Shown: piece by piece, positions 32,484-41,728 of the stretch
Layout: each line of letters opens with the position of its first letter
Position numbering within the stretch: the stretch's first letter is position 1
Source of the DNA: a virus
Virus record (IMG/VR): IMGVR_UViG_3300020577_010320
Strand: one strand, 5' to 3'
DNA: 64,000 nt
Notes under the pieces: model-generated
Database searches by the model: none
Told to the model about the DNA's origin: nothing
What the model saw: only the letters and a program-made list of their open reading frames with translations
Made by a program: the position numbers and the translations under genes

Positions 32484-33209
32484 TTACTGCGACTTCTTGA
32501 ACCGCGACAGTACCTCGTCGGTCGCGGCCTCTTCGTTCAGCCTCACGACCTCGTCGCGCGGGGACCGGGTCTTGTATTCCTGGGCGTCGAGCTCCTTCTG
32601 GGCGGCCGCGGCGTAATCGGTCTGGCCGAAGTCGTCCGCGGCGTTCATCTGCGTCTCGAGCTTGCCGAGTTCGATCCGAGCCCCGGCGTCGGTGCACTTG
32701 AGGTTCTCGACCTCGAGGTCGGCCCGGAGCTTGGCCGCCCGCTTCTCGGACGCCGTCAGGGATTCCGTCGCGCGGTCGTAGGTGTCCTGACACAGCTTGA
32801 CCTGGGCTTCGGCGGCGGCCAGGTCGGCGGCCAGGCGCCGCAGCGTCGCCTCGTCGGCGTTCTTGTCGACCGCCGTCTGCACGCTGACGGTGTAAGCCTT
32901 CACGTCCTTCTTCTTCGCCTCCAGGCGGCGTAGCGACTCCTGCTGGGCGGCGTAGAACTTGGCCCGTGCCTCGTTGGCCTTGACCAGCGCCGCCTGACGG
33001 TCCTTGATGTTCTGCGACCAGTTGCTGACCACGTGGGCCGCGTCGATCTCCGCCGCCTTCTCGCCGGCCTTACCCCGCAGGGCCCGCCAGATCGAGGTCA
33101 GGAGGCCGGAGCGCAGCGCTCCGACGAACAGCAGGACCGCGGCGACCGTGAACAGAATTCCCCACAACATCGTCGTCTCCTTGGACAGGGTGAAAAGTAC
33201 CTTCCTCAC
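32484..33209 (-). CDS. PspA/IM30-like coiled-coil protein
   Basis: N-terminal hydrophobic helix then long coiled coil (ALVKANEARAKFYAAQQESLRRLEAKKKDV...); adjacent to SPFH gene. Confidence 0.5.
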   Translation of the reverse strand: MRKVLFTLSKETTMLWGILFTVAAVLLFVGALRSGLLTSIWRALRGKAGEKAAEIDAAHVVSNWSQNIKDRQAALVKANEARAKFYAAQQESLRRLEAKKKDVKAYTVSVQTAVDKNADEATLRRLAADLAAAEAQVKLCQDTYDRATESLTASEKRAAKLRADLEVENLKCTDAGARIELGKLETQMNAADDFGQTDYAAAAQKELDAQEYKTRSPRDEVVRLNEEAATDEVLSRFKKSQ

Positions 33210-33210
33210 A

Positions 33211-33417
33211 CTACAGCTTGTGCCACGTCACCAGCAGAAACGGGCCGAACCCGTACTCGTCGTGCCCTAACCCGTACTCCGCTTTGCCCCAGCACCAACA
33301 GGAGCGTTGGGGCAGGAAGTGAACGCAGCACGCCCGACCACACACCGCGAACCACACGGACACCAGCCCGGCGTGCTTGTAGAACAGGCTGTACCAGGTG
33401 CCGTCCTCAGCGCCCAT
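33211..33417 (-). CDS. small Cys/Trp-rich hypothetical protein
   Basis: 68-aa ORF filling gap, stop 2 nt before next start. Confidence 0.3.
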   Translation of the reverse strand: MGAEDGTWYSLFYKHAGLVSVWFAVCGRACCVHFLPQRSCWCWGKAEYGLGHDEYGFGPFLLVTWHKL

Positions 33418-34141
33418 CGCTGAGCACCGTGATCCGGAACTTCTCCAGGAAGTCCCCCACGTGGACGAGCAGGACCTCGCTGGCCTTGTCGACCGTCACG
33501 TACACGACCTCGTCCCGCTTGTCCTCGGCATCCGCTGGGAACTCGGCGTTGAACGTCCACAGCCGACCGAAGTCGGTGAGCGGACTGAACGGGCCGCCGA
33601 CGGCGCTAACCTCGTACCCGGCCGCCGGCCCTTGTCGGCGGAACAGGGTGTCGACGCCGCGGACGTTCATGTTCAGGACGTCCTCGGTCGGGGATCGCAC
33701 CAGGTTGTACAGCTCATCCTTGTGCTGCTTGGTGTGCGGCGCCGTGTACAGCATCTCCAGCGCCCGGCCGTCGCTCTCGACCCCGGGGACCGGGTGCTCG
33801 AAGAACCGGAGTAGGAACGGGTCCTGCGTCGGGGACGGCGAGTTCTCCGCCACGACGTAGTCGGTGAACCGGCCGCCGTTCGCCAGGTTCCGTTTGAACT
33901 GCCTCACCTCGAGGACCTGATACGCCCCCTTGTTGAACCGTGGGTGATCGATCAGGAACGTCGCCCCCTGCAACACGCCCAGCGGGTTGTACCCGTGGAG
34001 CGTCGCTGTGTCCTCCCTCGGCGGGTTAACCGAGAGGGCGATGTTGCTGGACCGGTTTGAGGCGCTGAGGCTCGCTGCGAACAACATCCAGGCGACGACG
34101 ATCACGAGGAGCACGGCGCCGAGAGCGAGAAACAGTGTCAC
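33407..34141 (-). CDS. hypothetical membrane-anchored protein
   Basis: N-terminal TM MTLFLALGAVLLVIVVAWMLFAASL; 244 aa. Confidence 0.5.
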   Translation of the reverse strand: MTLFLALGAVLLVIVVAWMLFAASLSASNRSSNIALSVNPPREDTATLHGYNPLGVLQGATFLIDHPRFNKGAYQVLEVRQFKRNLANGGRFTDYVVAENSPSPTQDPFLLRFFEHPVPGVESDGRALEMLYTAPHTKQHKDELYNLVRSPTEDVLNMNVRGVDTLFRRQGPAAGYEVSAVGGPFSPLTDFGRLWTFNAEFPADAEDKRDEVVYVTVDKASEVLLVHVGDFLEKFRITVLSDGR

Positions 34142-34166
34142 AAGCGTTCTCCAGGTTAGTGGCCGA

Positions 34167-34436
34167 TCATGAAGGTGGGTTGTCGCGGACGAACGAACTC
34201 AGTCGATCGGGGAACTTCGGACAATCGTGAACACCGCTGATGAGGTAGGACCGACCGGACGGTCGGTCCACCCAGACCCAGCGCAGTTCCGACCAACCCT
34301 GCCGCGTACCACACGACGCGCAGACGTGCGTGGTGCCGTACGGCGATCCTGTGCCGTCTGCGCGCATCTTGTCTTCACACTTTTCACGGACCTTCGTCGT
34401 CACGTCAGTAAACACGCAGCCCACGTAGGGATCCAT
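34167..34436 (-). CDS. small Cys-rich hypothetical protein
   Basis: 89 aa with CxxC-like pairs (CASCG..., GVHDCPKF). Confidence 0.4.
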   Translation of the reverse strand: MDPYVGCVFTDVTTKVREKCEDKMRADGTGSPYGTTHVCASCGTRQGWSELRWVWVDRPSGRSYLISGVHDCPKFPDRLSSFVRDNPPS

Positions 34437-34505
34437 CGTGTCTCCAGGTTAGTGGTAGATGTGGTCAGGTCCGGCTGTTGCGGTCGGGTCGGTCCCAGGC
34501 AGGGG

Positions 34506-35411
34506 TCACCGCCGGCGGAAGCGGCTCAGAGGGTTTTTTGAGCCGGCAGTCGCGTCCAGACAACTGAGTATCAGGAGCCACGTCACCGCGACAGCGACGA
34601 GGCCGAGCAAGACTGTGACGCACCACCAGGCTACCGACGATTTCTCCGGCTCGTCGTCGACTTCCTTCTCCTCAACCAGCATCGGGTTGGTCACGGCGTC
34701 GACGAACTCGTCGCTGTACATCACGTCCGGCGCGTCGGCGTTCAGCGTCGGCGGCGTGAACGTCGGATTCACCGGCGTCTTCTTGGCCTCCAGCGCGGCC
34801 AGGCGGGCGTCGAACTCTTTGTCCTTGGCCCGCAACTCGGCGGCCCGTGCCGCGTCTACGTCGTCGCGGTGGTGATAGTACCACAGCGCCCGCTCGTCGG
34901 CCGACCGCCGGCTGTCCAACAGCCACACCCAGAACAGCGTGCTGTACGGGTCGTGGTAATGAGTCACCACGGTCGATGGGACATGAACTTCCTTGTACAC
35001 CGTCTTGACGCGTTCCTCACGCTCGACGACGGTCTTGCTCGTACCGGCCGACCGCACCGCCCCCACGGACGGGGAGTTCGGCGTCACCTTCACCTCGTCT
35101 CCCTTAGGCGTCTTGAACGTCGCCTTGGGCGCTCCGGCGACGACCGACGGCGTCTTCACCGTCTTACCCAGACCAGCGACGTCGGTGTTATGCGTCGTCT
35201 TGGGGGCGGACACGAGGCTCTTGATCTCGGCCGACGTAGCCGGCCGGACCGAGAAGCTCGACTTCGTACCAGTGGACCCGGAACTGGACGTGGACGGTGT
35301 AGACGACGGTCGCGAACTCGGGGTGGAACTCGGGTTGGACGAACCGCTCTTCTGTGCGACGCCCGCACCGACCACCAACAACGCCAGGATCGATGCGTAC
35401 ACGAAACGCAT
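34506..35411 (-). CDS. secreted Ser/Thr/Pro-rich protein
   Basis: signal-like N-terminus MRFVYASILALLVVGAGVA then SSNPSSTPSSRPSSTPSTSSSGSTG low complexity; C-terminal TM. Confidence 0.55.
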   Translation of the reverse strand: MRFVYASILALLVVGAGVAQKSGSSNPSSTPSSRPSSTPSTSSSGSTGTKSSFSVRPATSAEIKSLVSAPKTTHNTDVAGLGKTVKTPSVVAGAPKATFKTPKGDEVKVTPNSPSVGAVRSAGTSKTVVEREERVKTVYKEVHVPSTVVTHYHDPYSTLFWVWLLDSRRSADERALWYYHHRDDVDAARAAELRAKDKEFDARLAALEAKKTPVNPTFTPPTLNADAPDVMYSDEFVDAVTNPMLVEEKEVDDEPEKSSVAWWCVTVLLGLVAVAVTWLLILSCLDATAGSKNPLSRFRRR

Positions 35412-35496
35412 GTTAGGGGCCTCACCGAAAGGAAAAAGAGAACCGCCCGACGCGGTTAAGCGCCGGGCGGTTACGGGTAGTACTCGTAATACGTAG

Positions 35497-35748
35497 TTAG
35501 CCGTTGCGGAGCTTGGCCTTCACCTGGTCCGCCATCTTCGCGGTGAACAGCTGGTCGAAGAGGGCGTGAGCCGTCTTGACCGCCGCGTACGCGATCGGCC
35601 GGCTGGCGGTCGCCGTCTCGAGGACGGTGAACACCGCGTCGATCACGACCTTGATGACCGCCGGGTCCAGGCCCGCGGCGGCCGCCGTGGCGGCGGAGGT
35701 GGCGACCACGACGTTGGACTCAGGAGCGAAACCAAAATTCTGCGCCAT
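35497..35748 (-). CDS. hypothetical small Ala-rich protein
   Basis: 83-aa ORF. Confidence 0.4.
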   Translation of the reverse strand: MAQNFGFAPESNVVVATSAATAAAAGLDPAVIKVVIDAVFTVLETATASRPIAYAAVKTAHALFDQLFTAKMADQVKAKLRNG

Positions 35749-35803
35749 CTTAAATCCTACCTACTCTGAACTACACGGAAACGGAACCAATCGAACGGTA
35801 GGA

Positions 35804-37276
35804 TTAACAGGCCAGAACCGCGTAGAGGTCGGCGTCCACCCGCCGAACGGGGGCCAGGTGGACGTCAGCCGAGCTCCGCCCGCAGCACGGCGGGGCCTCG
35901 GCCTTCGACTTGTCCAACATCTTCTGGATGTTGGTCACGAGCTTGTTGAAGTCGGCGGTCAGCGTGGCGAAGTCGGCCTTCGCCTTGATGTGTTCCGCCA
36001 GCTGCTTGACGTCGACGAGGACCACGGCCGCGTCGAGGCCGAGGTCCGCGAACTGCTTCTCGACCGACGAACTGCCGGTCGAGATGTTGACCACCACGCC
36101 GTTCACGTAGGTGGTCGTCACCGTGCCGGTGAACCCGGAGCCCGGGGCGGGCGGGTTGGGACCGGGAGGCACCGGCGGGGTCGGGCCAGGCGGGACCGGG
36201 GGCGTCGGGTCAGGGGTGGGGGCGGTGACGTCGCACCACATGGCCCCGAACCCGATACGGTTCGCGCCGTACGCGATCCTCATGTACCCCTGCTCACCCC
36301 ACCGCTCAGACCAGCTGTTACGCATGATCCAGTAGCCGCCGGTGCGGGCGGTGGGGTCATCCTTCCAGCCAACCAAGATGACGGCGTGGTTGATGCCACG
36401 CGACCCGGAACCCTGGAAGATGCCGCCCGAGTAGTTCGAGAACGCATTGTCGGCGGCGACCGCCACCGCCAGGGGCCCGTGGGCGTACAGAGCGCCCTTG
36501 ATCAGGTCCACACTCGGCACGTCGTCAGTGGCCCCGACGTAGCCGAAGTCCGCGATCTTCATCAGCCGGGCGGTATCGATCGATTTGCACCGACCCTCAC
36601 GCCCCTGGTACGGGCCGTAGAGTTCCGTAGTCGGCAGGCCGGTCTTCTTGGCCCACTCGAGCACGGTCTCCGGCCAGTCGCCGTTGCACCCGCCGTTGTT
36701 GCCGCAGTCGAGCGTGTACTGCTCGCTGAGGTTCAACTTCTGGCCAGCACGCCAGAAGGCCGACTCCACCACCCCGGTCCCGGCAAAGTCCCAACAGCTC
36801 CCGCAGGAACCTTGGTCCTTCACCGGCGGCACCCAGCCCTTCTCTCGCGCGTCGAACGCCGCAGGCAGGGCGACGTCCATCAACGCGGAGAGCTTCAGGC
36901 CGTTCCGCGACCAGGACTTCAGGGTCCGGGCCCGCAGGTCGGTGGGCACCATCAGGCCCTTACCCTTGGGGGGCAACGGGTCGGCGACCGGCTCGGGGAC
37001 CGGGGCGGGCTCGTCGGCCGAGCGACCGACCGCCTTGAGGTAGTCGAACCCGCCGGTGAACTTCACCGGCAGCTCGGAGACCGCGGCGACCCGTGTCGTC
37101 GGCGGCTGACCGACGGCCTCGTGACCGCCGGCAAAGAAGCCCAACAGGGCCGGCACGAACAACAGTCGAAACTTCACGTCGCTCTCCTTCGCCCAATCGT
37201 TCCTTACCACCTGCCCCCAAAGAACCCACGCCGCTGGGGGTAACACACCCCGTTGGCGCAGTTCCCGGAGGCGCAC
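35804..37276 (-). CDS. papain-like (C1A, cathepsin-like) cysteine peptidase with Pro-rich linker and C-terminal domain
   Basis: KDQGSCGSCWDFAGTGVVESAF (catalytic Cys motif QGxCGSCW), NHAVILVGW (His), WIMRNSWSERWGEQGY (Asn/Trp); PTPPVPPGPTPPVPPGPNPPAPG linker; 5' end likely shorter. Confidence 0.8.
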   Translation of the reverse strand: MRLRELRQRGVLPPAAWVLWGQVVRNDWAKESDVKFRLLFVPALLGFFAGGHEAVGQPPTTRVAAVSELPVKFTGGFDYLKAVGRSADEPAPVPEPVADPLPPKGKGLMVPTDLRARTLKSWSRNGLKLSALMDVALPAAFDAREKGWVPPVKDQGSCGSCWDFAGTGVVESAFWRAGQKLNLSEQYTLDCGNNGGCNGDWPETVLEWAKKTGLPTTELYGPYQGREGRCKSIDTARLMKIADFGYVGATDDVPSVDLIKGALYAHGPLAVAVAADNAFSNYSGGIFQGSGSRGINHAVILVGWKDDPTARTGGYWIMRNSWSERWGEQGYMRIAYGANRIGFGAMWCDVTAPTPDPTPPVPPGPTPPVPPGPNPPAPGSGFTGTVTTTYVNGVVVNISTGSSSVEKQFADLGLDAAVVLVDVKQLAEHIKAKADFATLTADFNKLVTNIQKMLDKSKAEAPPCCGRSSADVHLAPVRRVDADLYAVLAC

Positions 37277-37743
37277 GTCGCCGGTCCTTCAACGACGCCA
37301 CCACGCAGACCGCCGAACTGCACGGCACCGAGCGGCGCCATCGTCGGCAGGGCCTGTGACTGATCCTGGATCGGCACCAGGTAGCACTGCCCGTTTACAC
37401 ACACCCGGGTGTACTGTACCGGCTGCGTCGACCCAGTACTCGGCTGGCCGGCCAGGAACTCCTTGGGGATTTCCTTGGCCGGTTCGGGTTTCGGTTCGGC
37501 CGCCTTGACCGCAGTCACAGGGGCCGGCGGTCGCTCCTTGATCACCGTGCCCGCCTCGTTTCGGCGGAGAACCCAGTCCCCGTCCAAGCCGGGAATCTCG
37601 CACCGGACCTCCTTCACTGTTCCATCCTGGACCAGCTTGTACACCCGAGCGTACGCCGCTTTCGACTCCGGAGTCGGTTCGCCCCCCGTCGCCGGGGTAC
37701 ACGAAAAAAGCAGCAGGCACACCACCGTCGTGATCGTTCGCAT
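37204..37743 (-). CDS. hypothetical secreted protein
   Basis: N-terminal signal MRTITTVVCLLLFSCTPATG; 179 aa. Confidence 0.45.
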   Translation of the reverse strand: MRTITTVVCLLLFSCTPATGGEPTPESKAAYARVYKLVQDGTVKEVRCEIPGLDGDWVLRRNEAGTVIKERPPAPVTAVKAAEPKPEPAKEIPKEFLAGQPSTGSTQPVQYTRVCVNGQCYLVPIQDQSQALPTMAPLGAVQFGGLRGGVVEGPATCASGNCANGVCYPQRRGFFGGRW

Positions 37744-37764
37744 GCGTCACCTGTCTTTCTGGCG

Positions 37765-38256
37765 CTAGTAACTGTCACGACAGTTGTACAGCGCCTCGTC
37801 CGCGCGACGCAACCTCTCATACAGCCGGTGGACGACGGCCACGTCAGCCCCGTTGAGGATCGCGTTAACCGCCGCCTCGTACGACACGAACCTCCACCGC
37901 GAGTCCACGTCCCACCCCTCGGGGCCGCCGATGTCCGTGGCGCGCGTCGACGACGCACCCGAGAACAACAACGTCAACGGCCTAACCGTGTGGCCGTAGA
38001 CGTTGAGGGAGTGACCCGTCTGCGGCGACCACCACATCGTCGAGTAACAGGGCGGCAGGCCCCACGACTGAACGAGACGGTGGACACGCCGAACCCAGGC
38101 GGCGTGGACTCGCTGGAGCCGGACCGTCTGTTCCGGCGACGTGCCGTGTGCGGGCACGTCGGCGTTCAGAGTGATCAGGGCGGAGGTCGCGGCCTCTCGC
38201 GTCCGAAAGTCGTCCGCGCCCAGGGCGACGACGAGAACAGAAACTACGATGTACAT
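37765..38256 (-). CDS. hypothetical protein; paralog of 12188..12703
   Basis: shared N-terminus and overall length with 12188..12703. Confidence 0.5.
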   Translation of the reverse strand: MYIVVSVLVVALGADDFRTREAATSALITLNADVPAHGTSPEQTVRLQRVHAAWVRRVHRLVQSWGLPPCYSTMWWSPQTGHSLNVYGHTVRPLTLLFSGASSTRATDIGGPEGWDVDSRWRFVSYEAAVNAILNGADVAVVHRLYERLRRADEALYNCRDSY

Positions 38257-38283
38257 AGTACTTCACCTGGTAGTCGTGGTGAG

Positions 38284-39597
38284 TTACGCCGGCTGAGCGC
38301 TGCGCTTCAGCTCGGCCGTCTTGGCGCACATCGCCGCGACGGTGTCCAGCGTCGTCAGGTCGAGCTCTTGGAGCTGGGTCAGGACGCGGTCCTGGGCCCA
38401 GCGAATGGTCTCGTTGTACGACTGGACCTGGTTATCCAGCCGCCGCAGACGCTCGTCGTGGAAGTCCACGATGCGCTGGTGCTCGGCCTTGTACGCCTCG
38501 TACCGCGCCGCGAGGGCCTGGCGCTCGGCGACCAGCTGAGACGTTTCGACGATGGTCTCCGCGGACTCCGCCGCGTTCTCGAACACCAGGGACAGGTTCG
38601 AGTACCGAGCCGGCGGCAGCTGGGTGATCAGCGACGGCAGGTCCACGACGGCGCTGGACGGCACGTCCACGTTGCTGTCGACGACGACCGTGGCGGCCGG
38701 GTAGAGGGACGGGGTCTCGGTCACGGTGGTGGGCGCGTCCACCTGGACGGCCGTCGGCAGGACGGCGGTGGGGGCTTCGACCGGAGAGACGATGGTGTCG
38801 ACCATGATTGCAACGCTCTGACTGACCTGCGGGGCGTCGGCCTGGACGTCAGGCTCGACCGGGACGGACTCGGAGTTCACTTGGACGGTAGAGGGGCTGA
38901 GTGACTCGTTGTACGTCGACTCCGCATAGCCGGCTTTGAGCTTACGGGCGATCTCACCCATCTGGTCGGCGACGTAGTAGCCGTCGGCCGGGTGAAGGAA
39001 CAACTGGTAGCCCCAGTCGGCCGCGCGAGGGGAGAACCGGATGGTCACCCCGTCGCCGAAAGGGCTGAACAGCGAGTATTCCGCGTCGTCCACGGGCGTG
39101 TACGACGGGTCGCGGGTGAACCGCTGGGCCACGTCCACGATCCAGACCGTGGTCGCCAGGCTGTACCCGGCGGCAGTCAGGATCGCCCGGAGGGACTCGT
39201 CGACCTGATAGGCCCCGAGCTCCGCCTTGAACGCGTCGACTTTGTAGCCGGCGTCGAGCTGCTTGTCCTCGCGCCGGAAGCCGAAGTAAAGACCAGGAGC
39301 ACAGCCGCGGGTAGGTTCCGTGATGATGCCCATAGATGCTTCTGCCGTCCTCAGGTTACGGAACCGTCGTCTTCGTCCTCGAGGTAGTACTGAACGCTGA
39401 CCGGGTCGACCACGAATCTGAGGTCGCCGGCCAGCTCGACCCGCTTGTACTGCGGGGCGTCGTAATGGGATTTGTGCGCCAGCTTCCGCCGCCCGGTGTC
39501 GCCGATCGGCTGGTAAGTCTGACCCTTGCGGAGCACCTTCTTCATCAGAAATCCCACGAGTTCGAGCATGGAATAATGACGGATTTCCCCCCGTCAT
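38284..39597 (-). CDS. hypothetical protein
   Basis: 437-aa ORF, ATGA-type junction with next gene. Confidence 0.5.
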   Translation of the reverse strand: MTGGNPSLFHARTRGISDEEGAPQGSDLPADRRHRAAEAGAQIPLRRPAVQAGRAGRRPQIRGRPGQRSVLPRGRRRRFRNLRTAEASMGIITEPTRGCAPGLYFGFRREDKQLDAGYKVDAFKAELGAYQVDESLRAILTAAGYSLATTVWIVDVAQRFTRDPSYTPVDDAEYSLFSPFGDGVTIRFSPRAADWGYQLFLHPADGYYVADQMGEIARKLKAGYAESTYNESLSPSTVQVNSESVPVEPDVQADAPQVSQSVAIMVDTIVSPVEAPTAVLPTAVQVDAPTTVTETPSLYPAATVVVDSNVDVPSSAVVDLPSLITQLPPARYSNLSLVFENAAESAETIVETSQLVAERQALAARYEAYKAEHQRIVDFHDERLRRLDNQVQSYNETIRWAQDRVLTQLQELDLTTLDTVAAMCAKTAELKRSAQPA

Positions 39598-40286
39598 TTA
39601 GCCTTCAGCGGAGCCGGCGGCGTCGGCCCCGCTTGGTCCACGTAACTGCCGACGTACTGCTGCTCCGTGCCGGTCACCTCGTCGAACGCGACCTGACAGA
39701 TTTCGTCGCCGGCCCGGACGATCACCGGCGTCGTCACCGTGATCTCCAGCGTCCACTGCCGCCTGAACCCGACGTCGCCCCACCCGCCGGTCTGGTGGGA
39801 GCTCAGACCAAACCGGGCCCACGTCGACCGCCCCTCGAGCCGCGGGGCGTATTTGGTCGTCGACCCGGCGACCTCAATCGTCGACCCCAGGTACAGAACT
39901 CCCGGAAGCAGCACGTACCCGGCCGTCGGGATCGTGTACGTCGTCAGGTCCTTGGCCGGGTCAATCGGCTTCCGCGGGTCGAGCGCGTACTGGTCCACGA
40001 ACCCCTGGCACCAGGTGTCCTCCCAGGCGGACAGGGGTGGCGTCCACCCGGAGTGGGGGGACCCAGCGTAGGACCAGAGGAAGTTGGTGTACAGCAGATG
40101 ACGCTTCTGTCCGTCGACGTCGTAGTTGCTGTGCATCAACTCCAGGAACTTCAGCTGCTTGTTGTAGACCATCACCTTGTCGGCCAGCCGGAGGTTGACC
40201 GAGTTCGGGTTCACGGTGACCGGCTCGGGGTCGATGACAATCTCGCCGCTACCGCGCAACCGCATGATTTCGGGGCCGCTGAGCAT
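39594..40286 (-). CDS. dcd: dCTP deaminase / dUTPase-superfamily protein
   Basis: MLSGPEIMRLRGSGEIVIDPEPVTVNPNSVNLRL (Dcd N-term) and RLEGRSTWARFGLSSHQTGGWGDVGFRRQWTLEI matching Dcd SGRSSLARLGL...GWSG...LE. Confidence 0.7.
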   Translation of the reverse strand: MLSGPEIMRLRGSGEIVIDPEPVTVNPNSVNLRLADKVMVYNKQLKFLELMHSNYDVDGQKRHLLYTNFLWSYAGSPHSGWTPPLSAWEDTWCQGFVDQYALDPRKPIDPAKDLTTYTIPTAGYVLLPGVLYLGSTIEVAGSTTKYAPRLEGRSTWARFGLSSHQTGGWGDVGFRRQWTLEITVTTPVIVRAGDEICQVAFDEVTGTEQQYVGSYVDQAGPTPPAPLKAK

Positions 40287-40782
40287 TCCGCGCCTTCTCC
40301 TTCAACTCGACCGGACTCACCACCATCGACGTCACCTGCTCCGGCGGCAACCCGAGCCGCCGGTACAACACGTCGTCCCGCAACGCCACCAGCCGCCGGG
40401 TCCAGGCCGCGAACTCGTCGAGGGAGGTCGCGCGGTCGACGGCGTGGTGAATCACCAGGCACTGCGGCTCCAGGCAAGCCGCCAGCGGGTGCTTCCCGTT
40501 GACGACGTCCAGCTTGTAGTGAAACCCGTTGTAGAGCAGAGTCCCCTGAACACGCAGGACGACGCTAACGACCGACGCCTCATCGGCGTCAATCGGGGAG
40601 TCGCCGTTGGTCCAGCGTACGTCCGAAACGTGCGCCCCTTCGGCGGCGTCCAGCCGCCCCAGGAACGCGGCCACCCGCTCGCCGTCCAGGACGGGCAGCG
40701 GGGTTCGGCCGCGGGACTGGAAGTTGATCGCCAGCACTGCGTACATCCGGCGTCCCTCGTTGACTGTTGCTTCTCGCGTCAC
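40249..40782 (-). CDS. hypothetical protein
   Basis: 177-aa ORF. Confidence 0.4.
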   Translation of the reverse strand: MTREATVNEGRRMYAVLAINFQSRGRTPLPVLDGERVAAFLGRLDAAEGAHVSDVRWTNGDSPIDADEASVVSVVLRVQGTLLYNGFHYKLDVVNGKHPLAACLEPQCLVIHHAVDRATSLDEFAAWTRRLVALRDDVLYRRLGLPPEQVTSMVVSPVELKEKARNAQRPRNHAVAR

Positions 40783-40803
40783 GCACCAGTAGCGCCAGCA
40801 CCC

Positions 40804-41556
40804 TCAATCGTCGTCGGACGACAGACCGAAGTCCTCCGCCGGGTGGTCGGCGATCATGGCCTTCACCTCGTCCGGCAGGTTGGCGGGGATCAGGTTGCTG
40901 AAGTCGGACGTGCCGGCCCAGCTGGGGCCGCCGTTTGACGTCCAGTGGAACCACTCGACCTTGCCATCCTCGTCGGCGCACGCCGTCAGATGGTGCTCGC
41001 CGTGAGTCCACTCAAACTTCACCCGCGTCGGGGCGTCGTCGTGATAAACCAGCCGCGGGTCCGGCGTCCACAGCTTGAGGCCGCCCACCAGGTGGGAGTA
41101 CAGCTTGATCGCCGTTTCCAGGGACCGCTGGGTCAGCTTGTCGTCGAAGTACTGCTTGCCCAGCCACCTAACGACCGCGGTGCTGACTCGGACTACACCT
41201 GTCGGCGCGCCCTCGTCGAGGGTCTGCACCATCAGGAACGGCGGCGTCATTTCCGGCGGTTGCTGCATCAGGCTGGACAGGAACGGCGTCGGGTCGGTCT
41301 TGACGTCCGCCCGCGCCTGCCCAGCCCCCTTGGTCGCCAGCGCCGCCGTAACGCTGCCGACGATCGAGAGGCCGTGACCGATCGCCCGCCCCGCGAGGCC
41401 GACCGCCTCCGCCGACGCGACCGTGCCGACATGCACCGCCGCGCGGGCTACCGACACGAACTGAACCGTCGCCCACGCCGCGACGCAGCACAGGCCGGCG
41501 ACCGCGAGGTTGAACACCACGGTCGTGATCTCCACTACAGACAAGTCGAGCGTCAT
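40804..41556 (-). CDS. hypothetical membrane protein
   Basis: N-terminal TM VVFNLAVAGLCCVAAWATVQFV; 250 aa; directly downstream of E1 gene. Confidence 0.45.
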   Translation of the reverse strand: MTLDLSVVEITTVVFNLAVAGLCCVAAWATVQFVSVARAAVHVGTVASAEAVGLAGRAIGHGLSIVGSVTAALATKGAGQARADVKTDPTPFLSSLMQQPPEMTPPFLMVQTLDEGAPTGVVRVSTAVVRWLGKQYFDDKLTQRSLETAIKLYSHLVGGLKLWTPDPRLVYHDDAPTRVKFEWTHGEHHLTACADEDGKVEWFHWTSNGGPSWAGTSDFSNLIPANLPDEVKAMIADHPAEDFGLSSDDD

Positions 41557-41675
41557 GGGTCTCCAGGACTTATGGGTTAAGGGTCCGTCCGTCGCGCCTC
41601 CTCGGAAACGCTACGCCTGGCCAGCAGGAATGTCAACACCGCCGCGAACGCCATCAGCAGAGCCATCGCGCACCT

Positions 41676-41715
41676 GCCAAATAAGAGAAGCGCCGTCCGG
41701 GACGTCCCGGACGGC
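41676..41715 (-). terminator. rho-independent terminator (minus strand) after E1 gene
   Basis: 12-bp perfect stem CGCCGTCCGGGA-cg-TCCCGGACGGCG followed by CTTCTCTTATTT on minus strand. Confidence 0.55.
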
Positions 41716-41728
41716 GTGGGTTACCGAT

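Noticed and set aside
35576-37243. 555-aa plus-strand ORF
   Set aside because: It is antisense to the papain-like protease and neighbouring genes, with no motifs, so it is a GC artefact.
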